Positions 1-13,500 are shown, counted from the first letter of the stretch. The stretch: DNA of 45,222 nucleotides from Rhizaria sp. SCN 62-66 (GCA_001724265.1 MEDY01000249.1:1-45222); one strand, 5' to 3'. Notes: generated by a model from the letters alone, not told the origin. Program-made: numbers and translations.

Positions 1-451
1 ACGGCGGTGTTTTCATATGATCAGTTTTCACGAGGAATGACATCGACACTAGAGATTCCAGGTTAATATGTTTGTTAACGGCCTGTGTTCTGTATGACTC
101 TCGTTTTACATCTTCTTCTGATTTGTTCTCACGCCGATAGGAATACATTGAGTGTCTCCTTGCCAGCAATGTAAGAGGAAGAAAAAAGGAATTAAAAACA
201 ATGCACTTTTTTTGTATTGCAGTGTATCGAGAAATGTAATATCTCCAGACATCTGGCCAAAGATAGTCAGGACCGCGCTAAAGACCTGCCGCGCGATCAT
301 GATGCTCTCATGACTGACGAGAGCGTGTCAATCAAACTTGGGCTGCTCCGCACCCTCGGTCGGCATCGTGCCTGTCGGCACGAATCGCGATGGCACTGTC
401 TCCGCAGTTGCTGCTTCGCGTCAGCGGCCTGCTGCTTAGGAAGCATGACGT
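1..451 (+). repeat. Left copy of terminal inverted repeat (pairs with 44772..45222)
   Basis: Bases 1-99 are the exact reverse complement of the last 99 bases, with the first mismatch at base 100 (c vs t). Similarity continues with indels through ~141-295. Bases 297-419 differ at only 4 positions from the right copy, followed by a 9-nt indel. Homology ends at ~451. Confidence 0.97.
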
Positions 452-780
452 ACAGTAAAGTCGACAACGAAAAGACAACATCGAGTGAAGCAACAACAGT
501 GCTACACAACACAGACAAATATAAAGACAACGGACAAGAAAGGAAAAACCTAGTGATATACAAGCAAATGAAGTGAAACAAGATCGCCACAACGCCGAAC
601 AACTGTAAAGCGAAGAAGAGTGCGAAGTTATGCACATTGAGCAAAGCAGCGGCGAACACACAACATATTGCTTGAGTCTAGAGCTCATGCAACACACAAA
701 AATAAACATCTTTCGCCGCTACGACATGACAATAGCACAATTTACCATCACATCACGATTTTGTGTCCATTGTCTGCGTC

Positions 781-821
781 TGTTGCTGTTGTTGTTGTTT
801 TTGTTGCTATTGTTGTTGTTG
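781..821. repeat. Imperfect (TTG/CAA)n microsatellite in the AMP deaminase 3' region
   Basis: Directly visible: tgttgctgttgttgttgtttttgttgctattgttgttgttg. Confidence 0.7.
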
Positions 822-840
822 ATACGTACGTGCGTGTGAC

Positions 841-3800
841 TCACCAGATGGGGTCGATGTAGCCCGTGGTGTGATCAGCCGGCAGGTTGGCCATGACGCA
901 CAGCGTTTCGTGCTCCCTCTGCAACAGCTCAGAGCGGAACTGTGCAAAAACAACAACAACAACAAAACAACACGAGAAACAACAAGAATGATACATATGT
1001 GAGTCACAGAATTATCATGGGCAAAGAGAATATATCAAACGGAGACAAGACATAATATCCGCGTTCATTATTACATATGATTGAAAAAAAGAACAGAAAT
1101 TAAGTGAAGTTCTTCGTACCTGAATGCGGATGTCAGGGACATTAGTGCAGCGAATGTCGTTGCCTTCAATGGTGCGCTTCCAAAACCCATTGCCAATCCA
1201 GTGCACCTTAAACCTGTGCTCGAACCCGGATTGCAGCACGCTATTGCGCGCAATCTCGCACATATCGATCGAGGAAAGCTTCCAGACCTGCGACGCGATC
1301 GAGTACTCCTCAACGAGGGGCTCCTTGGTGACGTGGATCATCAGGGGGTCGTCGGTCGAGAGAGCGACATTGAGGCCGCGCGCGAAGTACTTGGGGAACG
1401 GGTTCTTCTGGTACTCAAGGAAGAGGAGGTTGTTCGACAGGGGGGACATCGAGATGCCAGACTGACTCAGGTAGTACAAGTACTGAAAGCGAGTAGAAGC
1501 AACAAAAGAGTCGAAGTTCAGTTAAACATGTGAGCCATTGTGTAAGAAGTGATGTTAAAACACCGAGTTCGACTATATAACATATTCCACGTATTTCCGT
1601 CAACATTGAGGGAAATGCACACGATTCAACTCAAAAAGCGGTCGATTTAGCGCCGTACCTGGAGCGGGGTGGACTTGAGGAGCGTTAGTCCGTGGTTAAT
1701 GGACCCGGCAATGAGGAACGACGCCGCGATGTGCTCTACGTCGCCGGCCTCGCCCGCGTGGGGACGCAAGGAAAACACGCGCATGCCCTTCTCTTCGCGG
1801 AGCTTGTTGAGCGAGTAGAGATTGGCGTAGAGGTAGTACAGGAAGGCGCAGTAGTGCGGGTCCTGGCTAGACGTGTACTCAGGCGGAGACTACAGAAAGC
1901 ACAGTAAGAGGCGAGTACAACACAAAAAGAGTTAGAAAATGAATCAATAAAATATGAACGCGGCGTGGGATTATACGTCGTCATGTGATTTTCTCTACAG
2001 AGAATTGCGATTGAACTATGTTATATTCGTACCTTCTCGGAGGGGTCGAAGAACTTGGTGCGGATCGACTCATCATCGACGCAGTCAAAGCCCACCACCG
2101 ACTCGAGGAAGAAGTGGAGCTTCGGGTGCGTTGCCGGGTCAATGGTGACTTCGAAGATGGGCTGGAAGATGTTGGTCATCATGTCCTGCAGATTGCTGAT
2201 CAGGCCAGCCTTCTTGTACACTGTGGTTAGAGACAAAGCAAGGAGGCATAACACAAAATGAGTGAATATATCAAGGTAATTGAACAATTTAGCAATTAAA
2301 TTACATATTCAGATACCGTATTGCACATTATTCACCGATACAAAATTAAGAGTCATTACAAGCACATGGTAATGAAACGAGGTCTTTTCACTTAGGATAA
2401 GTTGTTTTCTTGTGTTCATGGAACGTACCGGAGTAGAGACGCGGGATCTGGATCATCCACCGCACGTTATGCGAGAACAGATTGTTATCAATCACCCAGT
2501 CTGCAAGCACGTCCCACTCGTTGAGGTCGCGGCCATAGATGGACAGACGGTACTCAGCGAACTGGTACTTGTTGGCCTCGAGATCGTCAAAGACTTCCTT
2601 GGTGACCTCCGCGAGATACTTGCCCTTGTTCATGTTGTTGTACTTGAGGAAGATCTCGCGCAGACGGGACTCGCCTATGGGGTTGTACTTAAGGTTGAAC
2701 TTATCGAACCGCTGAAACGTCTGTCCCGCGTGCATATCGAGCGTGTCGATCGAGAGATCATATGCAGTCAGGTTGAGTGAACGGAACACCTGCGACAGCG
2801 TCAGCGTTTGGCCGTCACGCACGATCACCTTGATGCTGTCAGCCTCGGGCTCACGCATCTTCTTCTTGATGTACCGCAGTAGGTGCTTCTGGTTCATGCA
2901 CGCCGAGTGATGCACGTGATTGTCGACCTTACGCACGTTGTAGAAGTCACGGTGCGGCACGCTCTTGCTCTGCGTGAGTTCCAGCTCGTGGTTCATCAGC
3001 GTGTGCATGCTCTTCTGCGTCTCGAGGATCGTCAGCCGCGAGTGCGACCACGACCGGCACGGACCGTTGGTTGCCACAGACACCACGAACGACATCGCTT
3101 CGCAGAAGTCGGACCACCGCGGCGGCGCGAAGACAACCTGCGCGCCCGCCGGAACATCCGTGAACAGGGCACGCTGGGCGGCTTTACTCCCGCGCGCCGC
3201 CGCGGCAGCGTTGGCGGCATTGACGGAGGCAACCTCGGCGGCGGCGTCGTCTTCGGCCACGGGCGTGCAGTCGCCAAACACGCACGCGACGCCTTCGATG
3301 AACGCGTAGGTATGCAGAGTGCGCGGCGGCAAAGTGACGGGCGCGGCCGAGGAGTCGTTGGGGTTGCACTCAATGTCGGAATCGGTCGGAGACGGCGGGC
3401 CTGCAACCACCGTACTCGAACCTGCAGTGCTGGAGCTAGTAACCCCACTGTTGGTGCTATTAGAGTCGGTCATCGGGGTTTGCGACTGTGAGCGGGAGGA
3501 AAACGCGGTCAGGCCACCGGCAGCGGCGCGCTTAGCAGCTTGTTGCTGCGCCCACCGCTCGTACTCCGGCTTGCAATACGCGGGCCGCGAGAGGATGTTC
3601 TGGGGACCGGCGGTGTATTGCGCCGTGCCGTAGGCGCGCGAGCCGTCCTCCTTGGGGAACCAGGTGAACTCGCGGCGCAGCTTGAGGCAGTTGATGAAGT
3701 TCTTAGCAACCTATAATAGATGTATGCACAAGAATTGTAATATGAAAAAAAAGTACAAGAAATTGTTAGATACTGCTAAATTATATCTTGATCTTACATA

Positions 3801-4846
3801 TTTTCTTGATACGAATGCATGTACGCCAACTTAGAGTCAATATGGAAACGTACCTGGTGGCGCTCCGAGTCGTAGGCGACGCAGCCGCGGAGGTCGACCC
3901 GCGCAAACTCCGGGACCCGCTTGGGGACATTGGCGTTCATCGCGTCAATGCCGGCCTTGACGTCGGCGGCCGCACGCGCCGTGTTCATGGCCAGCGACGC
4001 CGCGGTGGGCGGGGAGGAGACCAGAGTGGGGGCGCGGGCGCCGGCGGGGTGCCCGTGGGAGGCTTCGTCGCCGTCGGTGGTGAACCGGGTCGACACGGGG
4101 GCAGAGGCGGCGGCCGCGGCGGCGGCGGCGGCGGCGGCGGCGAGCGCCGTGGGCGGCACATCGTCGTCGTCGTCGTCGTCGTTGCCGGTGTGGCCGGAGC
4201 CCGATGTGGGGACGGAGGCCGCGTCGCTCATACTGTTGGTGGCGGCGGCGTCGGTGGTGGCGGCGGTGACCGTGGTCAGCAGACCGGGCAGCGCCGCTCT
4301 CGCGACAGCCGCGGCGGCAACAGAATTATCACCATCACCAGCGCCAGCGCCAGCGCCATAGCCAGTGTTGTTGTTGGCGTTTGAGTGAGTGGGCTCCGAA
4401 GAGAGGGTGCGGGCAGTCAGGGGCTGCGTGCGCCCGCCGCTCCCGCGCACAGCGGACCCGTTGCCGCCGTTGGGCGTGCGGCTGTCCGCGAGCGCGAATG
4501 ACCCGTTGGCGGTGGCGGTGGCGGTGACGGCGGGTGCGGCGGCGGGGCCCGCGGTGGCGGAGCCGGGCGCGCGGGCGGCACGGACCGACGGCGTCGTCGG
4601 CGTCAGAGACGTGATGCCCAGCTTGGCCAGAATAGACGGCTGCGCGGGGGGCGCGAGCGAGCTGGAACCCGACGTGGAGAACGCGGGCGGGGCCGGCGTC
4701 GGCAGCTGGACTTGCGCGGACGTGTCGGTCGATGTAGTGATGGTCTCGGCAGAGGCGATCTTGGGGACTTTGATGGTCGGCCGGGAGACAGCTGCGGCGT
4801 CCGTGGAAGGTTCCGCGGATGCAGAAGCTGGCGGCGGCTGAGACAT
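841..4846 (-). CDS. AMPD: AMP deaminase, ~1051 aa, 6 exons: complement(join(841..939,1120..1482,1659..1889,2033..2220,2429..3710,3854..4846))
   Basis: Family motifs: [33 protein letters not shown]...[84 protein letters not shown]. All five introns are GTACG..AG and keep frame. The start codon (MSQPPP, 4846) is inferred. Confidence 0.96.
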
Positions 4847-5690
4847 CTCTGTAGTGGGTTTATTGTATGATGGCGATGATATATAAGGGTAGGTCGAGCG
4901 GTGAGAGGAGTGGCTGGTGTGGGGGGCGTCGGAAGAGCCGGGAAAAGCAACATGCCGGGATTTGTCTCGCGCGATCAAAACAGGGTTGTTTCAGTTCAAA
5001 AAAAATAATTAAATACACATGACATCATATTCTACTTGGGGGAACTCGTCGGATTCCCACTTCAAGAGGGCTAACGATCTAGGGATCTTTAGCCAATATA
5101 CGCACCGCGCAGCCTCGAGCTCACTCGGATGCCGTCCGGCCATTGGTGTGGGACCACAAACACCTTTTTCGCAGTGGTCCACAATGCATACGACTGGATT
5201 TCATGTGCTGTATCTACAGTGATCGCAATGTTAGTTGGACGTGCTATTTGAACATTGTTCCTGTACGTATATATTATTCATGGTTTCTTTGTGGTCCCAG
5301 TTATATCGCTTCGCATTCACTTTGCGTGTTTTCCTGAGGCCGACAGCAGATTGAGCAGACTGCGAAGGATGTAATAAAGACATGATGGGAGTATATAACA
5401 AGTTTTATGTATGATATAGAGTCGTGTCTAGCCAATAGTAGACGCGTATGCGTATTAATGACAAAGACGCGACACTGAGAGACTGAATCTGACATATAAG
5501 TTGCCTTAAATGCGCCACAATTTGGCCCTCCTGGCCCTAACCGTTCTCTCTAATACTTAAGGAATAGATATTATCCCAACCAAGACAACAACAAAGCAAC
5601 GACAACAAACCAGTCTTAGCAAGCCACGCCTTTGCGCAGAGGCTTTTCGTCTTGTTGCTGCTATGAGTCGTTTCGTTGTTCTTTTTATGC

Positions 5691-7049
5691 TCAGCCGCGG
5701 CGAACCTTGACGCCGCCGCGCATGGCAACGATGTTGGGGTTGTTCTTGCGCACACTGCGCGTCTTGAAACCCTTGGCGAGGATGGCCGTGGGGGAGCAGG
5801 ACGGGCGACCGGGGCGACCAGCGCCGGCACCACCACCGTGCGGGTGGTCCACGGGGTTGCGCGCCAGACCGCGGTTGAGACCGCGGCGGCCCATCCAGCG
5901 GATGCGGCCGGCCTTACCGTAGGACCGGATGCGGTGCAGCGCGTTGGACATGACGCCGATCGTCGCGAGCGAGTCCAGCGGCACGAGGCGGACTTCCTTG
6001 GACTGAATGCGGACCAGCGCGTGGTTGCGCCGGCCCGTGTTCGTCTTCTCGAGCAGCTGGGCGGAGGTACCGGCGGAACGCATGTACTGCGCGCCGTGGC
6101 CGGGCTGGAGCTCAATGCACGAGATGGTGGCGCCGATGGGGATGTCGCGCAGACGCATCGCGTTGCCGGGCTTGATCTCGATCGTGTTGGAGCGCGAGGT
6201 GGTGACGCGGTCGCCGGGGTTGAGGCCCTGGGGCGCGAGGATGTACTGCATGCGGCGGTCGGGATACTGCACGAGCGCGATGTGCGCGTTGCGGTTTGGG
6301 TCGTGCTCAAGACGGCGGACGACGCCAGGCACGTCGGTGATCATGCGGCGAAAGTCGACGAGACGGTAACGGCGACGCACGCCGCCGCCGCGGTAGCGGA
6401 CAGTGATGCGGCCGTGGTTGTTGCGACCGGCCTGGCTGCGCATCGCCTCGGTCAGGGGCATGAACGGGCTAAAGGCGAAGAAGAAAGAAAGAGACAGAAC
6501 AGTAAAAAAAAAACACGTTAAGACGTGGATTTGTTGCGAGGTTAGGAACATAGACGCGGAAGGGTGCATGCAATCACAACGGTTGGTCCGATAGAGCCAT
6601 CACGAAAAGCGACGTTCTAGACACAATAACGCAATAATAGTAAACGGGAACAATATAGGGATATATACGTACCGTCCGGGCCAGAGATCTGAGCGATCGA
6701 GGCTGATGAGGTGGCGCTTACCGGGCGTGGTGGGCTTCGGGCGCTTGATCTTCTCAGCCATCTTCATGCGCTCAGCGATGCTGAGGTCGTAACCGGTATT
6801 CATGGCGTCAAGGGCAGAAGGGCCGGCGGCCGCAGCGGTGGCGAAGCAGCGGGAAGTGTCAACGGACACGCGCAGAGCAGCCGCAGAAGTGGCCGCAAAG
6901 ACGGGCGCGCAGGAGAGCAGGGAGGAGGCGGAGGGAACCTTGGCCTGCTGCAGGGGGCGGCTCAGCGTCGACATCGCCGCTGAGACGGGCATAGAACGCA
7001 CCGCAGGCGCTGCCAAAGGCGCGACCTTACCGAACAGCGTGCGAAGCAT
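5691..7049 (-). CDS. MRPL2: Nucleus-encoded mitochondrial ribosomal protein uL2m, ~384 aa: complement(join(5691..6468,6673..7049))
   Basis: Bacterial-type uL2 motifs: KPTTPGKRH, GRNNHGRITVRYRGGG, EHDPNRNAHIAL, YILAPQGL, RSAGT, GKAGRIRW, NPVDHPHGGG. It has a spliceosomal intron (GTACGT..TAG, phase 2) and an Arg/Ala/Ser-rich, acid-poor N-terminal extension ending near SRCFAT, typical of a mitochondrial presequence. Confidence 0.93.
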
Positions 7050-7539
7050 ATTGCAACACTATTCCAGGTCTTATTCACGAAGAACACAAACCGGAAGTCG
7101 TTCGTGAAGAAAGTCGGCCAGTTTGCGGTCGGGCTCGATCCGTGCGGCCTTACTTTTTTCGCGCCTGGACCGAAAAACTGTTGCTCAACGGTTGTCCCGA
7201 CATTCCAGCTTCATTATGATACTTTCAGCGTTATCCAAAAATTGATCGAGTTTTATTTCGATATCATATGAACGTTTCTTTGTGAAACCATTCATTAATC
7301 TGAAGTCAGTGGCTTTGGGACTTCGTACGGCTCAACTTTGAGTCCAACTTGTTGATTTGCCGAATTCTAAACTTGAATATTATCGCTGATAGTGAGAGAC
7401 AACATTCTGTAATAAGCTTAAAAGTTCATTTATTTATTAACATGCTATATAATCATTTCACCAAAGCAAGCGTACATATCTTCATATCTCTTAACCAGGC
7501 GATATGACACTTGCTTTGCGTATCACGTTCGTTCTAAAG

Positions 7540-10500
7540 TCACATGTTCTTAGCTTCCTCCATGAGCTCCGCCCGGACTGCGGCGAGACTGGGGTGCAGC
7601 GCCACATCCAGAGGCGTCATGCGCCGGGCAGGGTCTTTCTCCAACAGACCACGTAATAACGCCATACACTCGCTTGGAACACCCAATAGCACTGGGGGCA
7701 ACTCCTGCACTCCGGCAGAAGATAAGCCGCCGCCACCAGTTGACCCAGAAGAGCAGCCGTAAATGGTGCTCTCAGCGGCAATAGTGGTGCGCACGGTGAC
7801 GCGACAGAGGGGCCAGCGGGGAAAAGGCACGGCATCGCGTTGAATCATATCAAACAGCACTGCAGAACCGTCACCGCCGAGAAACTCATCGTCGTCAAAC
7901 TCGTTGTTGTTGCCCTCACCGTTCTCACCGTCGTTGGTCTTGTCCTCGCCGTCGCTGTCGTTGTCGTCGCTGTTCATATTGTTGTTGCTCTTCTTCTTCG
8001 CACCGGTCTTGTTCGCTTTGTTGTTGGTTTCCGACTCGGAATCCGAGTCAGCCGAGTCAGAGTCAAAGCTCTCACCGGCAAAGAAGTCGTCGTCATCATC
8101 ATCGTCATCATCATCCTCGTCAACGTGGTTATTGTTGCCTGCATAGCCGTTGCTCAAGGACGCGGCGTTGGTATTGTTGTTGAGGCCTTGACGGATGACT
8201 GCGACAGCGGCAGCTCGCGCCTGGTGCTCACGGTCACCGAGGTTCTGCTGGTGCTGCTCACGGTCATTCGACACACGCGACTCACGGTCACCAGGACGCA
8301 CGATGTCAAGTCCGTCAATACCGTCATCTTCAGGCGCCAGGGGATCCCACACACGCGCGCTCACAGTCGTCCCATCATTGTTCAAATCATCAGCAGCGGC
8401 GGCAGCAGCAGCAGCAGCAGAGGTGACGTTCACATGTGCGCTGGTGTTCTCATTGTTGCTGATGTTGTTGTTGTTATTGTTGTTGTTGATGATGATGTTT
8501 GTGTGAGTGGTCGAGGCAGTGCTGCGGCTTGACTTTGACCCATCGCGCGCGAGATTATTATCGCGGCGACTTGACTTCTTGCTACGGATGCTCTCCTTAT
8601 GTGGCTTACGCGCTGCAATACGCTCTTTTGTGGCCAAGAACGGCACTGTGCCGTATGTAAGTGCGTACAAAGTGACACCAAGCGCCCACGCATCAGTCGT
8701 GTACGCGTTGTAACCGCCTGCAGCAGACGCGGCGCGCGCGCACAGTACTTCGCTGCTCTGGCGCGTGCTACTGGTATCATTACCATCCGCATCGAATGCA
8801 CTGCTCGCGCTTTTGCTCTTGAATGTAGCGAGCCCCGGGGTCGAAGCAGTCTCATCGCCATTGCCATCATCGTCGTCGCCGCCGAGAGCGCGCATGCGGC
8901 CAGTGAGCGAGTGACCGTGAGTGCGACCGTGGGCGTCATCGGTGACGTGGGGGGACGCGTGACCGTGGCCTAGCGTGTGACTGTGGGCGTGACTGTGAGC
9001 AGGGCCGGCGCTGAAGACTGAGTCGCGACCAGAGAACAGTGAACCGTCGACGTTGGCAACGTTATCAGAGCCAGCTTCGTTGTCGTTGTTGTCATCAGGT
9101 AGACCGTTGACAACGGAATTCTCGTTCTCCGGGACCTTATTGCCGTTCGCGTTGCCATTGAAAGTGTTCTGCGCCTTGATCATATTCGAGTAGTACTTAT
9201 CGTCGTCATAGTCCTCGCCTGCAAAGCCATCGTCATCAACGTTGTTACCCGCGCCTTGGTTATATTCGTCGTTGTCACCACCATCGCCTTCATTGTCGCT
9301 ATCGTGGCAGGCCTCAGGACTGAAGAACGCGTATGTACCAGCACTATCGAGCACGCGCCCAGAGACGCGGTCGTTCTGGACAGAAAAAAACGCGTCATTC
9401 TCCCTGATAGCATCACCAGCAGTACTGCTGTTGTTGGCGCAGTTGTTGCTGTTGCTGTTCGCGTTAGGTCGCGAGACAATGATTGTGGCCGCAGCGACCG
9501 CAGCGACCGATGCGGCTTGACTTTGGTTCTGACTGCTTGTGTGCGACCGCGTCACAAAAAGACCCCGGCGCGGAGCAGTGACTGTGCGCGCAGCACTCGC
9601 GATAGCGACACCGGCACTCATGGCACCCGTGCCCGTTGCAGTTCCAATTGAGTTGCTGCCCGAGCTATTGTTGCTAGCGTTCCCTCTCGCACACACAGTC
9701 GCAGCTACATTTGCGTGAACATTGCCAACACGGGCGCACAGGTTGGCGTTCGCATTGTTGGTCAGCTTGATAGAGTCAAGTCCGGGCAACGCACCTGACA
9801 GCCTCTTGGACACACCGACATCGGATAGCATGAACCGCACGCGGCAACGCTTAGTTAAGCCACTCTCAAGCTCGACAGCGTTGCCGTTAGCGCCAACCTG
9901 AAGCCCGTTCGCATTGGCACCAGCGCCGTTGCTGTTGGCGAGAGCGTTTCCATTGCTCGATCTTGAGCTGCTATTGCCGTGTGTGCTGGCCATAAAACTC
10001 GCGCCAATGCGGAGAGGAATGTCGCGCACGGACTGAGGCGCGCCGTCCGCCACCGGCGACAGCGAAACAAGCACGTTTTCAGGCTTGACATCACGGTGCA
10101 CAATGCCGCGACTGTGCGCATGCAACAGTGCAGTCGAGAGGTCGAACGCGGCGACGGCGAGCAGACGCCACGGCAGCAGAGACGGGAGCAGCACAGTCAA
10201 CGCACCGACCCCGGCGCCAGCCCCGGGCAGAGGAACGGGTCGCGGGACACGCGGCGAGATCAAAGTTAAGCCACCGGCGGAGGTATTACTACGCGCAGTG
10301 TCGAGCCGCCCCGACTTGCTGCCGTCTTGCTTGTTGAGCTGCCGCTGCGACAGCTGCTTCTCCTGCTGTTGCAACGTAATTTGAGCAGCGCGTGCTGTAA
10401 GGAGCTGTTGCTGCCACTTACCAGCCTCCGTCTCCGCTTCTTTCTCGATGTCAACAACAGCATTCGAGTTACTCTTAGCAGCACTCGACGTGCTAGCGTC

Positions 10501-13500
10501 GGTGTTGGAGTACAGGGCAGCGGCGACAGCTGCGGTGCGTTGAGCTGCAGCCGCGACGGCTGCGGTTGCTGACCAACGTAACACTTGCGCAGGCGCGTAC
10601 ACGCCTTCCTTGGGGTGCCACGTGGCCGCGGCGCCGCCTGCGCAGTAGGGCAGGACGAGATAGACCGCGTCAGAGGCGGGGGAATCGATGACCGTGAGCA
10701 GAGGAACAGTGCAGCGGCGGCCGTGAGCGATCAACGGGCACAACAAGGCGCCACTGATAGCGTTTGTGTTCACAAGAGCAGAGTTCGAGCTACTGGGCTT
10801 AACAGTAAGCGCGTTCGCGGTGCTGCTGTTGGCGCACGTGTTGTTGTTGAGAGGGTACGGAATGCGAATGTCACTCGGTGACACAACCATCGTCTGATTA
10901 GAACTCGCGCTTGCAGTCGTAGTCGCAGTGGGGCTCGAGACGTTGTTACTGTTTGCAACTGTGTAAATAGGACCGACTTTCTGCGAAAGCAGACGCATGA
11001 GTGCGATCTCCATAAACAGCTTCGATAGCGCAGTGATGACACCCATGCGTCCGCCAGTGGTTACGTACTCGCGCATGCGGCTAAGGGTCATGCGGCTAGA
11101 CTTCTTGAACGCGTAACATCCACCAGGAACCGTCCCGACAGACGCACTGGGAGTCGCACGAGCAGAACTCCCAGGAGAAGCGTTAGCGCCGACAGGCACG
11201 ACGCTCGTCGTCAGGAGAGGGTTATTTTTAACAGGCGAAGCATTCAAACTGCTGTTTGCAGTGCCAGTATTCCCGCGGACACCAGTTGCCTTGGAGATGT
11301 CTTGGTAGAGTAAGACCCGACCATATGTTCCCGCAGCAAGCGGCTTGACTTTACGGTAGCCGTTGATCATATGCGCATTCTTCAAAACAACAATCGCCAT
11401 CAGCAACGCCTGCTGCTGCTGTTGCTGCAACTGCTGCTGTTGACTCTGCTTCAGCTTCGCAGCACTCCGTGGGCTCATCACATTGGCACTCACAGCTGGA
11501 GTCGCAGTCGCGTTAGCAGTGGCGCCGATCGCCACAGGCGTACTCGGGAGAGGACTGTTGGCAGCGGCCGCGACAACGGCGCCGGCGGACGAGGTCGGCT
11601 CCCACAGTGCTGCGGGGGCACTTACATCTGCGCAGTACTTCGCCGTGTAGGTGACCGTGGGCACGGGGGGTCCATAGACAGCCGCACCTAAGGGCAGCTC
11701 GTTGGACGATGTAAGTACCTTGTCCGCCTCAGAGCTGCTCATGTTGGCGATGCCGTTGCCGAGTAAGGAGCCGCTGACGCCGCCGACGAGGCCGCTGTTG
11801 CTGAAGCTGTTTGGGTTGCTCAGTCCGTTCATATTGCTGCCGCTGTGGTTGGTGCTGTTGGCGTTTGCACTGTGGCTCTGCGAGGCCCCCGAGTGACCGT
11901 GGGCGGCGGTGCCACGCGAGAGAAATGACGAGGCTGCAGCTAAATCAGCCGCGCTGCCGTTGGCGATGCCGGTGACGCCGGTAGCGCCGGCGCCGGCGCC
12001 AGCAGCAGCGGCACTGTGACTGGGGCCGTGCGTTGAGGCTCCGACAAGAACGCTGTCACGGTCGCTGGCACAGTCAGCGTTGCTGTTGCCGTTAATGTTG
12101 TTGTATGTGCTGTGACCGTGGGGGCACGGGATCGGTGTTGAAACGAGAGTGCCTATAATATTTCATCATTTGAATGAGGATAAGTACCAAGATAAATACG
12201 TTAGAGTGAGGTAGTATACAAGGACATATAGAGGCATATAACATATATTATACCGTAAATTTGGGTTATATCGATTCAAGTTTTTGCGGACCGAGAGTGG
12301 TGTTGCCAGAGAGCGCAAGCCCAACATAGGCCGCAGCAGCGTACGCCGGAGCAAGCGGCGGCGCGGCGGCAGCGGCAGTCGCGGCCAATAGTCGGGCAGA
12401 AGTCGGGGTAGCAGCGGCGGCGGCTGCCGTGGCCGCGGCGGCCGAGGCAGGAGCAGGCAGGAGCGAGGCTGTGACCGTGATATCGTTGCATTTATCTGCG
12501 TTTGCGTTGTTGTTGTTGGTATTGTTGTCGGGAGCGAAAGAGGCGCGCGTGCGGAACGTAAGCGCACCCTCGTCAACAGCGCCAGCAGCAGCAGTGGTAG
12601 TCTGCGACGACGCATTGACAGTGTTTTGCGAAGTACTTGCAGTCTGTCCACCTCCATTCTGTCCAGGCTCCGTTGAAAGAATCGGGTTGACAGCAGACGC
12701 AGTGACAGTAGCTGTGCTGCTTGCGATGGGGCTCGTCGTGGCCATAGCGCCAACATTACTGTTGTTTTCGGTGATGACCACACTCCGCGCCTGAGCTGGC
12801 TGCGACTGTTGCTGTTGCTGTTGCTGTTGCAGTTGCTGTTGCTGTAGCTTCTGTTGCTGTTGCTCTTTGGCAGCAGCGGCCGCTAGAAGCTCCGCAATCG
12901 GCAGCGGCTTCACTTTATCGATCCCCGTCGCAGTCGTGATCCCGGTGCCGCTGCGCTTCAGCCGCGCAGTCTTGCTGGCCTCACTGGCCGTGTCATCATC
13001 GTCGTGGAGATCAACGTCATCATCGTCATCGTCAAAACGGGGCGAGAGACAACCGACGTCGTCAATATCACCCAGCAGAACCGCCGTAGCAGCAGTGTCC
13101 TCGCTCTCCTCGTACGACCGCACAGTCACCGCTTCGGCGCCCATCGGTGCTGCGGCAGTTCCAGCTGCCGGGGCAGCGGTTGCGGCGGCGGCGGCGGAGC
13201 GAGCGGTGTGTTTTGTGCCCGATTGCGGGGATTTGGCCTTCTTGGGCTTCTTGGCCTTGCGCGCGGTGACCGTGGCTGCGACGACAAGCAGCGCTCCGAG
13301 GGCCGGATCCGGTGGAGCGGCAGCGGCGGGCTCGGCGTCGCTGTCGGAACCGTCGCCGTTATACTGCCCGTGCGACTTGGCCTTGTCGTCGTCGCTGTCA
13401 TCGTCGCTGTCGCTGCCGCCATCCTTGTTGGCCTTGCTGCCGTCGCCCGTGCCGTCGGCGGCGAGGCCGCGCGTGGAGGACTTGGGCGTCGCGACGGGGT

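Noticed and set aside
1-99. Perfect 99-bp identity as a biologically defined TIR, or as an snRNA/snoRNA gene
   Set aside because: The length equals a common assembler k-mer, so the boundary is probably technical. I recognised no U-snRNA, SL or C/D-box signature, and no telomeric repeat is visible.
217-1007. Short ORFs in the left-end region as genes
   Set aside because: They are low-complexity or intron-spanning translations with no motifs, apart from the portion explained by the terminal repeat and the last AMPD exon.
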